The notes beneath the pieces were generated by a model that worked only from the letters and a program-made list of their open reading frames with translations, ran no database searches and was not told where the DNA came from. DNA of 64,000 bases, taken from assembly GCF_009914755.1 (NCBI RefSeq), contig NC_060934.1; one strand, 5' to 3'. This DNA comes from the human T2T-CHM13v2.0 reference genome, Homo sapiens. The position numbers and the translations under genes are program-made. Shown piece by piece: positions 27,085 to 42,914 of this stretch. Within the stretch, counting starts at the first letter, position 1; each line of letters begins with the position of its first letter.

Positions 27085-28658
27085 GGTCTGAAAGAATAGA
27101 GGGATGACAAACATGAAATGGAGTAAACTCAGTATGTTTTGAAAGGTGTTCATTGTTAGACGGGAGTAAAAACATGTACTCTCCAGACAGAGGAAATATA
27201 TCCTCATCAGTCAGGACAGAGCTCAGGTAAGTTTTCCTTCTCATAAGAAAATTTTAAGTACTCCTTATCATTACACCCGCCTTTAGGTTTCATGTCCTAA
27301 CCCCTGGAGGAACATAACTATGCCTTATTCATTTTTGCTTCCATAACCTTACACATTATCTGGCATACTGTAGAGTTTAGATAAATATTTGTTGAATTAA
27401 ACTGCTGAATTATATTTTGTTTTCCTATTCTGTGAAGGCACTATACCAACATACTAGAAACTCTTAATTTCACTTCTCAACAAATGCTTAACATTCATTC
27501 TGCATCATTTTAGCATTGTTTTCAACATGTACATGATATAATAAGTGTAAAATACCACTGGGTCATGAGAATGTATTCAAAAAGTAATGAAAAAATAATT
27601 TAAAATGTTTGTCCTTCATGTTTCTTATGGAATGTAGACATCATGCTCATTGCTTAGCATATTGTTTGTGTGTTTTGGAGTGCCTGCAATAAAAATGATA
27701 ACAAATAAGTTTCATAAAAACAAAAGTCAGCTTCTTTAGTAGTTGGTTCAAGAGTTATAATTCAAAATTCATGTCTGTTTTCAAGGACATCAATTTTATT
27801 TAGAAAGAGAGTAGAGAAAATACACAGATACTCAGTCTATGACAGAAAGCTGATTTATCGCTGCTGCTTCATTCTCTGTGGACTTTCTGCTCTCCTGTAT
27901 GACAGTGAGAGCATTTAATTCAAAATGTATTTCTTAATCAGCAGGGATCATCTTGAAGAGCATCAGTCTGGGTAGATAGAGCAGGGCTGTCCAGAGTAAT
28001 CTCAGGAGTATCCTGGAGGACTATATGTTTATTTTTACCCTGACTTTTGGCCCCAAATTTCTTTGAGCTGAAAAGCATCCATGCACTGTATTTCACATGT
28101 CCTAACTTATACTTATTGTAAATGTAGACTGTCATGTTTAAATAAATAAATGAATTTTATTGGGATTTGCTTTCAGGAAGGGAAAACCTATTCAATTAAA
28201 TGAGTCTCTTAAGGTCCTATACATCAAGCTTACCATGTAGTACTCTATATATTATAAGAGTAAGCCATATTTTTCTTCTGGTTTAAATGAAATGTTGCAA
28301 TTGGCCATTTGTTAAAGTATACAGTACTTTGCCTCAGTCTCAGAGACATCTCATTGCCAGATATTCTGTGATTCTTCATTTCCCCAGATGGCTCTGTTAA
28401 CACTCTGCTTGGCACTAGTGGTTTGATTTACCTGAATTGCCATGTGGTAACTTTTGCTAATAAGGAATTCCAATTTTGGCTTAGATTCCCCATGCTGTCA
28501 GTCCTAATCCCTTTGTTCAGTCTAGTAGAGTTGCTGCAGCTGTATAATCAGAAGGTTCTTTCTGCCAGCCACATACCCAGTATTGTTTTTTTAAGCATAA
28601 CTCATTGCACTAACTTTCTTCTAACAGGATTTTATTCAGCTTATTTTGGAGTAATAAA

Positions 28659-28968
28659 CCAGCTCCATTCCTTATCGATGGGTTCTGCGTCCATGAATTC
28701 GACCAACTGCAAATGAAAAATATTTTTAAAATAGCAATGCAACAATAAAAAATAATATGAAAAATACAGTAGAACAACCATTTGGATGGCATTCATATTG
28801 TATTAGACATATAAGTAATGTAGATATGAGATTAAATATATGGGAGGATATGCATAGGTTATATGCAACTACTATGCCATTTTATATTAGGTGCTTGAGC
28901 ATCCTTGGATTATGGTATCCACAGGGGTCTGGGAACTAATCCCTTGAGGATACCAAAAGATATTTGTA
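28659..28968. mobile_element. Tigger3a (MER7A-type) MITE
   Basis: 'ggaggatatgcataggttatatgcaactactatgccattttatattagg'; degenerate TIRs. Confidence 0.85.
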
Positions 28969-29164
28969 TATATTTACATATATACAAAGGTATACGTATT
29001 ACATTACATATTCCTGTTTATTTATTTTGAATATGTCAACTGAATATTTTGTTTTATAAGTAAGTCATCCTAAAAAACATAAATGAACAAAGTTTACAGA
29101 TTTAATAAAAAAAATCTTTGTATATTTTAAATGTTTAAGCATTTTTTAAAAACAAATTTTACAT

Positions 29165-29470
29165 GTGGCATTTCTGTACATCAATAATGATCAAGATGCG
29201 AACCAAATAAAGAAGGCAATCCCATTTACAATAACTACAAAAAATTAATATACCTAGGAATATATTTAACCAAGGAATTGAAAGATCTCTACAAGGAAAA
29301 CTGTAAAACAAATTGTAGATGACACAAACAAATAGAAAAAAATATCCCATTCTCATAGATTGGAAGCATTAATTAATTAAAATAACCCTACTGCCCAAAA
29401 CAATCTACAGATTCCATGCAATGTCTATCAAAATACCAATGCCATTTTCCACAGAAGCTTTTTTTTTCAA
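29165..29470 (+). mobile_element. L1 ORF2 internal fragment
   Basis: 'atacctaggaatatatttaaccaagg...gcaatctacagattc'. Confidence 0.85.
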
Positions 29471-29668
29471 TTTCATAAGAGTCTCTATCAAAGTGAGGTT
29501 TACTGCATATAGTGAAAAGGTACATTATACCCAAAAAATTATTCTAGTATTAAAATGAATTATGCATATAGGAAATCTTCTGATGTGTATAAGAAAACTC
29601 ATTAAAATTGTATTTGTGTGTGTCAAAATAACACCATTTAAGATTATTTATGTGAATAATTTTATGCA

Positions 29669-30284
29669 TGTGATGGTTAATATTGAATGTCAACTTGATT
29701 AGATTGAAGGATGGAAAGTATTGTTCCTGGGTGTTTCTATGAGGTGTTGCCAAAGGAGATTAACATTTGAGTCAGTGGACTAGGAGAGGCAGACCCACCC
29801 TCAATCTTAGTGGGCACCATTTAATCAGCTGCCAGCATGGCTAGGATAAAAGCAGGCAGAGGAACGTGGAAGGACTAGACTAGCTAAGTCTTCTGGCCTT
29901 CATCTTTCTCCCATGCTGGATGCTTCCTGCCCTCAAACATTGGACTCCAAGTTCTTCAGCTTTTGGATCCTTGGATCTACATCAGTGGTTTGCCAGGGGC
30001 TCTCGGGCCTTCAGTCACAGACTGAAAGCTGCTCTACCAGCTTACCTGCTTTTGAAGTTTTGAGACTTGGACTGGCTGCCTTGCTTCTCAGCTTGCAGAC
30101 TGCCTATTGTGAGACTTCATCTTGTGATTATGTGAATCAATTCTCCTAATAAACTCCCTTTCATACATATATATATATATATATGAATATATATATATAC
30201 ACACACACACACATACATATGTATGTATATATATATATATATATCCTATTTGTCCTGACCCTCTAGATAACCCCTACTAATACA
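29669..30284 (+). mobile_element. MLT2A2 (HERV-L) solo LTR with internal (TA)n/(CA)n expansion at ~30163-30244
   Basis: Starts 'tgtgatggttaatattgaatgtcaacttgatt' and ends 'ctaataca'; flanked by tatgca on both sides. Confidence 0.93.
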
Positions 30285-30796
30285 TATGCACATGTACACA
30301 CATACATATGTGCAATGTGTATAATTGTAACCTCTCTGGAAGTATTTGCACCAACTTGCATCTATGGGAATAGTAATAATGGAGAATTTTCACTGTCCAC
30401 TCCTCATTTCTGCACTTTTAAATGTTTGATAATAAGCATGCACTATTTGAAATTGCTTTAAAAATATGAAAAACGAAAACTATGAATTTGTTTATTTTGC
30501 TATGTAATCTAGAAAATTTACATCAAAAGATCTAAAATGTTTGAGAACATTAGTTATTTTCTAGAAGAATAATTTAATTTAGCTCATGATGCATGTATCA
30601 GTACACATTATAACTAATAACCAAGATGTTCCTTAAAAATATTCATTCAAATACAATGGGTATTTTTTCCTAGGCTTTATTCAATAAGTTGTCTGAACTG
30701 AAGAGAAGGAACTACAGTTTAGGAAATCCTACTGTGCAGACAAAAATCAAATATTGGTTTTATAATCAAGACAAAATAAATTAGAGAATGATTTTC

Positions 30797-31212
30797 TGTA
30801 TTATTTTATTCTCTCATGGCTACAAAGAAACAACTGAGACTGGATAATTTATAAAGAAGAGGTGTAATTGGCTCACAGTTCTGCAGGCTGTCCAGGAAAC
30901 ATGGCAGCATCTACTTGGTTTCTGGAGAGGCCTCAGAGCATTCCCAATCATGGTGGAAGGCAAAGGGGGAGCAGAAATGTTACATGGCCAGAGAAGGAGC
31001 AAGAGAGAGTGAGGCGGGAGGTGCCATTCACTTTTAAACAACTAGATCTGGTGAGAACTCACTCACTTTTGCAAGGACAGTACCAAGGGCGAATGGTGCT
31101 AAACCATTCATGAGAAATCCACCCCCATGATTCAACCACTTCCCACCAGGCCCCGCCTCCAACACTGGGGATTACAATTTGACATGAGATTTGGTGGGGA
31201 CCCAGATCTAAA
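30797..31212 (-). mobile_element. MSTA MaLR solo LTR
   Basis: 'cccaccaggccccgcctccaacactggggattacaatttgacatgagatttgg'. Confidence 0.9.
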
Positions 31213-32341
31213 TCTGGCTTTAAATCTGAAGCCCAAAAAAGGGATTCTTCTTCCGTCATATCCCTGGGACCGAAAATATGTGTTGGTACCTACCTGGCTT
31301 ACCCAGTGAATTACAAACTGAGAAGAGACAATAGGCCTGGGTGCAGGCATATTCAAGAGGCTATAGGAGAGAAATAATAACATCTGTTTTACATTTGGAG
31401 CATTCAGTAGATATGTGATCCAACTGAACTGGCCATTTCTTCAGTGGGAAGTAATCATCAGAGAGAAGAAAGGATACTCCTGGTACTCACTCCAAAAGTG
31501 TCTTGGAGACGTTGAATGCATATTTTCACATTATAGGCTATGAAAAAGACTACAGGGAAAAATAAATAAATCAAAACCAAATAAAACCCTGTTTAAATGT
31601 TCCCCGCACTTGTTTGCCTACAGGACATCTATTTTTCATATCTATTATTAACTTTTGTATAGTAAGAGACATTGTATATAATTAAACTTTTTAAAAGATT
31701 CATTTTTAATGACTCTTCTCTGAAATAAAGGATAAGCATATTGTTAATAAGGGTGATAGTCACCCTTATGATATTTATGGGGTTGAATGTTAATTTTAGG
31801 AAATTAATGTCATTAAAAAGACTAAAATTTTTTTAACTGTTTTAAAAATAAACTCCAAGAATTCCCTGGATTTTTGCAAAAGGGCTACTTTTTTTTTTTT
31901 TAACGTATAAACTTCTCTTAAATTTCTACATAGCTGTATCACGTTAACTTTTCATCCTCCACAAATAAGAGGGAGGAGAAACAAAATCCTTGTCAAGAAG
32001 CTCTAGAGACAGGCAGGAAATATATATGCAGGCATGAAAACATAATCTTTTCTGCCAACTGTGAGTCTAAATAGCTCTTAATCTGCTTAGAAATTTCTTT
32101 CAAGAGAAGCTTGAACCAAACTTTCAACACCTGAATGATTTAATTAGGAAATAAAAATAATAAAACATGGAAATGCCAGTTTATTTTCTTTATGGCTAGC
32201 CAAATTAATAATTCAATTTAAGAATTAAACATGCTATTTTTACAAGCAAGTAATAACTGCATTTTTTACTAGTGAACTCTTGAAATTTTCTCCAGATTCT
32301 GCTTGAGTTGAAGTATCAGGCAGAAGCTACCCCATGTATAG

Positions 32342-32657
<316 letters not shown>

Positions 32658-32699
32658 CATTCTTGCATTTCAGAAAGCCATGCGCTACCCTCTTTTTGT

Positions 32700-33106
32700 G
32701 TCCTAAACATGTTTTGGTTTGAATAAAGAGTGTGGCATTTTGGGGCTGTCAATGCCCCTGTTTCAGTCACAGATGTAATGCTGCTCAGTTCGAGTCTCGC
32801 TAAACTCCCATATATCATGAGTTCACCAGAATTCTGTGCTCAGGAGGTAGGATGAATACTATATGCAAGAAATGGTAGTAGATGCACCTACTGTTTATAT
32901 CACCTCTGTTTATGCACACTCCATTGTTTCATCAGAATTCACTTACAAAAGGTTTGTAAACTATAAAATAATTTTATAGCTTATAGACAGTTTATAGATA
33001 ACAGTATTATAAGAGGACAATAGCAAAACATTAAATCAGGATGGGACCCTTTTGAGCACGTGCCTCTGTGCAATGCACAGGTTGAACACCCGCGAAGCCA
33101 GACCTG
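32700..33106 (-). mobile_element. MER45-family hAT element
   Basis: Terminus 'gtgcaatgcacaggttgaacacccgcgaagccagacctg'; left boundary uncertain. Confidence 0.6.
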
Positions 33107-33681
33107 CCCTTACACTCCAGAGTAGATTTCCCACAAATTTAGACTGTGATAGTGAAAGGTTTGTAGTGAACTCAAATTGAAGCTGTAACATTAAATACTT
33201 TGTTTTAGTACCTTAGATTCTCTGAGCCTCAGTTTTTAACAAAAAGAAGGAAATAAAAACAGTTTATTAATTGGTGGTAAGGAATATATCATTCCCTAAA
33301 GAAACTCAACTTCAGTTTTATGCATACTTGTTCTTCCTAACTACTTCGGCGAGAGTAAGTGGCAGTCCCATTGAGTAGTCTCAATGTGCAATTCTTAATA
33401 GCCTTAGGAATTTGATCCATCATTTCTTTCTGTTCTGACCCATGATGCCTAGATGTTTTTCATTTCAGGAGAAAGCAAAGCTGCTGAGCAAAAGGCACTT
33501 TAAAAATAGTATCCGAGTCTTTCTTAAAAACTCTCCCCATTATAAAAATTTGGAGTATGTACATATATATATATATAAAATATATATGCATATCTTATAA
33601 ACATGCACATATTATATATATTATACATTTATATATGATACATAAACATACTAATGCATATACATTTATATATGTTAATCA

Positions 33682-34127
33682 TGTGCTTGCTTTCAGAATC
33701 ATTTTTTACCCATTCCCTTGTTTGCTCTGAGTCACGGAAGCTGAACTCTGCTAATTTTGTTTCTCAGGCTTCCATGCTAGCTTTAACCAATGGGAGAAGC
33801 CAAGGTATTTTTAATTTTATTTATCTGCTTTGAGTAGTGTCATCAGCAGTGGTCTTATCTCTGTGGTTGGTTCTGTCTCCCATCAGGTGGCCCCACTGAG
33901 TTTTCTGCTCCTACCTGGTAGCCCAGGCTCCTAGGTTCCAGTATTCTGTTCCATTTGCCCATCTATAACTAAGGAGGGTAGTGGCCTAATAAAATTGATT
34001 TTGTATCATCTTTTTCATTCTCTCCACTGTTCTAAATACTTTTGTAAATAAGTCCCCATATAAAATTCTCTCAGTTGAATTATCTGGTGGGGAGTTGGTT
34101 TTTCTGGCCAAACTAGGGTATTAATAC
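33682..34127 (+). mobile_element. LTR33-like ERVL LTR
   Basis: 'ttaaccaatgggag', 'gggtagtggc', ends 'aataca'; diverged. Confidence 0.6.
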
Positions 34128-34294
34128 ACACATATATTCGTATATGCACATTTATAAACACATATCTATATCATATGTTATATACATACTAGTGCATGTG
34201 TGTGTGTATAAAGCTACAGTGAATAAGCTATCTTGTATCTCCCAGATTTTCATGGCAGAAAAGTACAGGAGTTCAAATAGATAAGTAACACTGG

Positions 34295-35186
<892 letters not shown>

Positions 35187-36300
35187 ACTAGCACTAACTC
35201 TAAGCACCCTCAGCCCTCACCTGGCAGAAACTAAAGGTGAAGAATACCAGGGAAAGAATCTTTTTTTGCTGACAAAGACAACTGTCATTTTTAGCTCATT
35301 ATTAAAACTTGGAGTTTAGAATTCAATAGCAATCTTTGTCACATCAGTCATCAGAGACAGGCAGCAAAGTGCAGCACCTTAAATAAAACACCTGTCTGTT
35401 GCTCTAGGCAGATTTTGAATTGTTTCAGTCTCTGTCTCTCTCATTCTTTTTTTCCCCTGATCAGTTAATTTGCCGTTAGATATTTTTGTTTGCTTAGCAA
35501 CTTTAAGTGAGAAAACAATCCTGGGGTAGTTTTCATACTCAAACTAATATTAGATATTTCAGTATATTTGTGAGGCAACTCAATCACTGAGATTTATTCA
35601 TCTCTTATTCTCATAAATTGCTTATGACACACCTATTTCTTGCTGTCACTGCTAATTTTCTGCGTTTGGAAGCAAGTAATAATTCCAGTTATTTATTCTG
35701 CCTTTTCTACATTGTAAATTTAAGTGTCTCTAAACAAAATTAGTCTCACAAAAGAAATATACTTAATAACTAGATCAGTTTAATCAAATTTTAGCAAATT
35801 CGTCTTACTAGGATTCTCCATTTGAGAGAGCAAGTTTTAAAATATTATTGTCTGATAATAATATAACTCACACAAATGTATTATACATAAAATTTGCAAT
35901 GCATTGGATTTAGAACATAGAAGTAAAATTCTGAATGGATTTTTACATAAAAATATAAAATGAACCTATAGTAACAGCTTTATTTTATAATTTCTTAAAC
36001 CACCAAATTCTCTCTACAAAAGGAAACAAACAAAGAAGTCATGGCCTTATAGAGTATCTCATTCCCTTCAATCCCATAATCTTATTAACATTATTTCTAC
36101 TTGTATTAGGAATCAGGTGTACAGTATCATATATTAATCAGTAATTTGTTTTGATCCCCAATATAGTATTTAGGTATTGAGCCTGTCTAGGTTCTTCTTT
36201 TATTAATCATAACAAGTTCAAGTACTGGATCCCAAATGAATCCATGTACATATGAAAATTAAAGGATACATGTTAGTATCTGATTTTAAGGTTTCACCAA

Positions 36301-36350
36301 AAACTGCAGAATAAACTTGTATTACAAACTGCAGAATAAACTTGTATTAC
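36301..36350. repeat. Perfect 25-bp tandem duplication
   Basis: aaactgcagaataaacttgtattac x2. Confidence 0.97.
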
Positions 36351-37494
36351 ATTGAAGGTCATCATGTAAATGAAAATCCAAAGTTATCTATGTGGTGGAT
36401 TTACAATGTAAGTTTATGTTGACCCATAGATTGTTCATTAATTTTCTGCAAGAACATAGTTGCTGTAACATTTGGAAGAAGGTATGTTCTTTTTTCTGTT
36501 ATCATCACTAGGAGCTTTACATCTTTTCACTGCTGTCAAGGAAGTTAATGATCATTTAATTATATGACTTTTCTGGTTCTGACTCCTGACTCTCTTTACT
36601 GAGAAGCCACAAACTCAATTTTCTGAGAAAGGGAATATGCATTTGATCTTATAGAAACCTGGTTCTTTTATATTTTTCTTCCTTTCTTGTTTCTGTTTTG
36701 TTTTGTTTTGTTTTTTGCTTTACATCTAAAACACAACATTCATCCCCTGATAAGAAATAATAGAATAACATAAAAGACTAAGCAACCAAATACTCATTTC
36801 TGGTGTGTTTTGCTTCCTCAGAAAAATTAATTGATTTCCGTACTAAAGCATCCCTGGCCAATTTCCAGGCAGGACTCAAAGACATTTTACATCAAGGAAG
36901 TAAGTGCCCCAGCAGTGAACTAAAACAGTAGAGACCCAAAGAAATGATGCCTCGAGGCATTTCATTCTATTTGACCACTAACGCTTAAGGTTTTACCTGT
37001 ATATGGGTGTAGGTCTTCACTCTGTGAGGTTTCACAAGAAACACCATACTTTTGGCATTCATCCTTCCTATTTTCCAGCACTGAGGTTCTCAGCCTGGGG
37101 TTGTCCTTTAAAACACATCTGTCTTCTAACATGTTATTGCTCTTACAACAAAACTACAGTCAGCATTAAATTTCAATGTGTTTTGGAGCACTAGATTTTA
37201 ATCCATACAACTAAGATTTTAGATTAAGCTACTCCACTTTCACCTGTGTAACTTCCTTAAATTTAATTTAAAACAAATTTCTGAGTTGTAATTTCTTTAG
37301 ATTCCCAAAGAATGCTAGAACAATGATTTAATAATACTTTATCATGTACTAGACATAGTGTAAATTGCTTTACATGATGTCTCTTACCATTTTTCCTCAC
37401 AAGCCTACTGTTTTTTTTTTTGTATAGAAGAGAAAAATAGATCAGAAAGGTGGTAACCAATCAGGAAAGTAAGCAGAATATACACTTTATAAAT

Positions 37495-38056
<562 letters not shown>

Positions 38057-39249
38057 CTAAGATCACATAGCTACATGGTGACAGAATAGGGGGGTAAATC
38101 TGTTCAACTGCGAACAATTAGCACTCCAATGCCACTCATAGATATGTAAATAGCACTTGTCTCCTGTAACTCCCAAATATTCACAAGGATAAAATATGTC
38201 AAATTTTTATGAATCATAAAGTCCTATGTAAATGAAATATAATTCTCTTAAATAAATGGGTATAAATGTGAAAGAATTTCTCTATAATTACAGTTGCTAC
38301 TTAATTACTTTTTATTATTATTTTTTAAACCTTCTCCTAATTGCTTTAATGATTCTGTGGCAGAACGTAAATGCTTACCTGTTTTGATTTGGACAATTTA
38401 ACTTGTTCAGGTTTTCTTTGCTCATTTTATGGATAAAAGACTTTCCCCAGCTCCACTGACTGGAGCACTCAACATGTATTTATCGAATAAATGAATAAAT
38501 AAAAGTTTAGATGAATGACTTTTTCATTAATAAATATAAACAGCATCACTGTCATTTGAATAACTTTCTGGTTACCACAATTTTAAATCTGAAGTTAACC
38601 CTATTTAACTTATAATAATAGATTAATATTGTTTAAATAGATTTTTTCTATTTCCAAATTTTTTATTGCACATACATATACCATGACAGTATTTTCAAAA
38701 TTCACTAAGAGGATAACCTGAGAAGGTGTTGAACTGTACAGAAGGCTCTTGTATTTCACTACTTTACCTGCCCTGACCTTTCTCTCTCTCATGAGTTAAA
38801 CAGCCACTAAGGACTACAGAGGCCTGTTAGCAGATGAGGTCATTGTAGCTAAGCTCTTGCTTTGGTTTTAGTTGGCAAAGGATTCCAGTGCAGGTCTTTA
38901 TCCTTGTTGGGTTATTGGTTGAGAGTTATAAGGAATATGGTAGTATGTAAGTTTGTGAAACACACATACAAATGCGCACACAGACAGACATATATGCTGT
39001 ATTATTTTATGTTAGAATATGATGTCTGTCAAACAGAGATTGGGCAAAATAGAGTTTGATGTTCAGAATATATTCATTAAAGCCAGATGCTTACTCTTCA
39101 AAGCTCTTCAGTTGGTATAGACAACTATATCAATTGCTGTCTGCATGATTTTGCACAAGGTACATGACCAATTCAGGCCTTAGTTTCTGTATTAATTCCT
39201 ATTGCTATGATAACAAATTACCACAAACAGTGAACAAAAACAGCACAAT

Positions 39250-39726
39250 TTTTAAAATTTTTTAAGTGGACAAGTAAAAAAATGTATATATTTGTGGTGT
39301 ACATGATGTTTCAATATGTGTATTCACTGTGAAATCACTAAATTAATCTAATATATGCATTACTTCACACATATCTTTTGTGGTGAGAACACTTAACAAT
39401 CTACTTTCTTAGCAACTTCTTAGTGCATAATATACTGTCATTAACTATAGTCATCATGATGCACAATAGATCTCTTGAACTTATTCCTCTGATCTAACTG
39501 AAATTTCATGTTCTTTGACCATCATCTCCCCAATCCTCCCACCCCACCTCCTCCAGACTCTGTTGTAACCATCATTCTATTTGCTGTTTCTGAGTTTGAG
39601 TTTTTCAGATTCCACATGTAAGATCAGTGGGATTTGTCTTTCTGTGCCTGACTTTTCACTTAAGATAATGTCCTCCAATTTCATCCTTATTGTCACAAAT
39701 GACAGGATTTCCTTATTTTTAAGGCT
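39250..39726 (-). mobile_element. L1MA 3' end (inside an MLT1 fragment starting ~39188)
   Basis: 'gcacaatagatctcttgaacttattcctctgatctaactgaaatt'. Confidence 0.85.
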
Positions 39727-39879
39727 TCTTTTTTTTTCTATTATTTTATTTTTTATTTTTTTTAGGTATGGGGTCTCACTATGTGGCCTAGGCTAGTTCA
39801 AACTCCTGGCCTCGAGCTATCCACCTGTCTCATGCTCCCAAGGTCCTGGGATTACAGGTGTGAGCCACTATGCCAAGCC
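39727..39879 (-). mobile_element. Alu left monomer (FLAM/AluJ-type)
   Basis: 'ggggtctcactatgtggcctaggct...gggattacaggtgtgagccac'. Confidence 0.85.
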
Positions 39880-40076
39880 TCCTCTCTTGCCAAGCAACTA
39901 TAATTGACCCTTCAAAACAGAGATTTATTAAATATCCACCTCCAGTAGGGGTTTATTTATGAATCCTAGATGAAAAAAAATATATATGATTATGCACTTA
40001 AAAAAAAATCTTTTAGAAATCCAAGAAGTCTTTGGTGATAATTGAGTATGGTGCAGAATAGAGTGATAATCTAGAG

Positions 40077-40575
<499 letters not shown>

Positions 40576-42141
40576 TTAGAGCAATATCATGGCAATTTCC
40601 TAGTAACAATACTTATGATGAGTCTTTGCTGTTTGTATGTATGGGTGAATAACAAATTATTATTTAAATTATTTAAATTCACTCTGCAAGTAGATTATAT
40701 GCTCCATAAATTATATCGTACAATGGGTATGAAACAACCAAAAGAATGCATCTCAAATTATGCAGTTAAATTTTCCTTTTTTTAATCATTTAAGCTTCTT
40801 TGGAATGAGAGTAGTGAAATTCTGGAAGTAGTATTAACCTGGAACAGGTCAGGACCTCAGAGAAGATATCCACTCTATTTCTTTGAGTCGATTTGGCTGC
40901 AGCACAAGTTAACACTCAGAGTAAATCCCTAACCAGTACATTTGTCAGCTTCTGTATACCAAATAGAATCCTAGAATGTGATTCACTGGGATTCTACTAC
41001 TATTAAAGCTATAAAAATTCAGGAAGCGTAGGTTAAAATTTCCCATTTATCTTGCCACAGAAAACCCATTTTTCTCTTAAGCAAACAAATAGAATACACA
41101 GGTTTGCATGTAGAGATGCTTAACTCATTTAAGGTAAAATAAACCCTGCAAACACCTTTTTGTAAAGGAGATTCCCTATAGAATTTTATTAAACAGTGCT
41201 TTATTAGCTCAGTTCAAGTTTCTGAATAGAATTGAAAGAAGAAAGATTGCTTTTTTTCATATTGCTATTTAATTCATGCTTTTTGTCCTTTCAAAATAGT
41301 TTCCTTCGGTCATCACAAATATTTATAAAATATGGGGGAATCTTTGTGTGTGTGTAGTGGAATCTGGGCAAATATTACGTTTAGGAAACCAATTTTAAAC
41401 AGGTCAAAATGAATATTTTAGCACACAAGAGTTTTTTATGTAGAATTTACCTTCAGACTATCTTTTTCTGTTCATCTTTTCCAAAATAATTGCTTATATA
41501 TTTTTAGTAATAACAATTTCTCAGTTACCTCTCAAATTCTTCAAAACGAAAAAGCACTTCAAGCAGAATATTCTGTTTAATGACACAAATTTTTTTGACT
41601 GTTATAGACAAAATGATTACTTTCAAAAATAAGCCTTTAACAAGTATACCTAATTTAGATTTTAGTTTTCTTTATCTTTATCTGCTCTTTTAAAATGATA
41701 TTATATGTGTAGTAAGGATCAAAAATGAATAAAACTGGAAAGTGACTGAATTTTAAATAACTGGTATTATGTTTGTATATAGTTGAATAATACATGAAAG
41801 TTTTGTTAGTTTAAAGATAGCTTTACATTCAGTCAATTTTCAGCCATAATATGAATTTTTGTTTCTATTTATATGTGTTTGTGAATATATGTAAATATTC
41901 ATTCCTCTATGTGCTGTTCTCATGAAGACAGTAGAGGTGATTCAGAGACCACAGGAGGCCTTTAATTAGACCCAATTCATAATTAGCTCAAGTAGTGGAG
42001 GATATCAACATTTTTCAGGAAATGGAGGCTGAAATGTTGGAACTGAAAGGTAAGAAAGTTTTCTGAGTGGTTTTCTGTCTCTCAGATATACTTATGAAGT
42101 TTAAAAAACCTTGTTATGCTCAGTTATCAAAAACAGTTTCC

Positions 42142-42405
42142 GGCCAGGTGCAGCAGCTCACACCTGTAATTCCAACACTTTGGCAGGCTGAGGCAGGTAG
42201 ATTGCTTGAGCCAAGGAGTTCAAAACCAGCCCAGGTAACATGTCAAAACCCTACCTCTAGAAAAAAATACAAAAATTAGCTAGGTGTGGTGGCATAAGCC
42301 TGTAGTCCCAGCTACTGGGGAGGCTGAGGTGGGAGGATTGCTTCTTGAATTTAGGAACTAGAGGTTGCATTGAGCCAACCTGGGTGACAGAGTGAGACCC
42401 TGTCA
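42142..42405 (+). mobile_element. AluJ with right-arm deletion
   Basis: 'gattgcttgagccaaggagttc', 'gtgggaggattgct'. Confidence 0.92.
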
Positions 42406-42436
42406 AAGAAAGAAAGAAGGAAAGAAGAAAGAAGAA

Positions 42437-42479
<43 letters not shown>

Positions 42480-42512
42480 GAAGGAAGGAAGGAGAGACAG
42501 AGAGAAAGAAAG

Positions 42513-42543
<31 letters not shown>

Positions 42544-42652
42544 GAAAAAGAAAAGAAAGAGAAAGAAAGAAAGAAAAGAAAGAGAAAGAAAGAAAGAAAG
42601 AAGGAAAGAAAGAAAGAGAGAAGTAAGGAGGGAGGGAAGAAGGAAGGGAAAA
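42405..42652. repeat. ~250-bp polypurine (GAAA/GGAA)n tract grown from the Alu tail
   Basis: Nearly pure A/G on the + strand. Confidence 0.97.
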
Positions 42653-42914
42653 TACAATGGAATCATCTAGAATCTGGAATCCTGGACTTCTATCTGCTTG
42701 CCTTTTCATGACAACTGAAATCAATGACAACTGGAACACTCATATCATGGAATTAACTGACTCGAAAACTCAACGTATGATGGTTCTAGATCTGAATGAC
42801 CAACTCAAGAAGGAAAATCAAATTTTAGTTATGATGGAGTGTGATGTAGAAAAATGGAAACCATTGTTGGCAACAATAAAACTCAGACAAAAATATTTAA
42901 GAATATATGTACTG

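Noticed and set aside
33560-33675. AT-rich alternating tract as a structured RNA
   Set aside because: Degenerate (TA)n low-complexity sequence.
33878-33897. CTCF-like motif ccatcaggtggcc
   Set aside because: Partial match inside an old LTR with no supporting evidence.
36301-36350. CRISPR-like direct repeats
   Set aside because: Only two abutting copies, no spacers, and a eukaryotic context.
42257-42739. 160-aa F/S/L-rich and 92-aa K/E/R-rich ORFs
   Set aside because: Translations of the (GAAA)n microsatellite and adjacent Alu.
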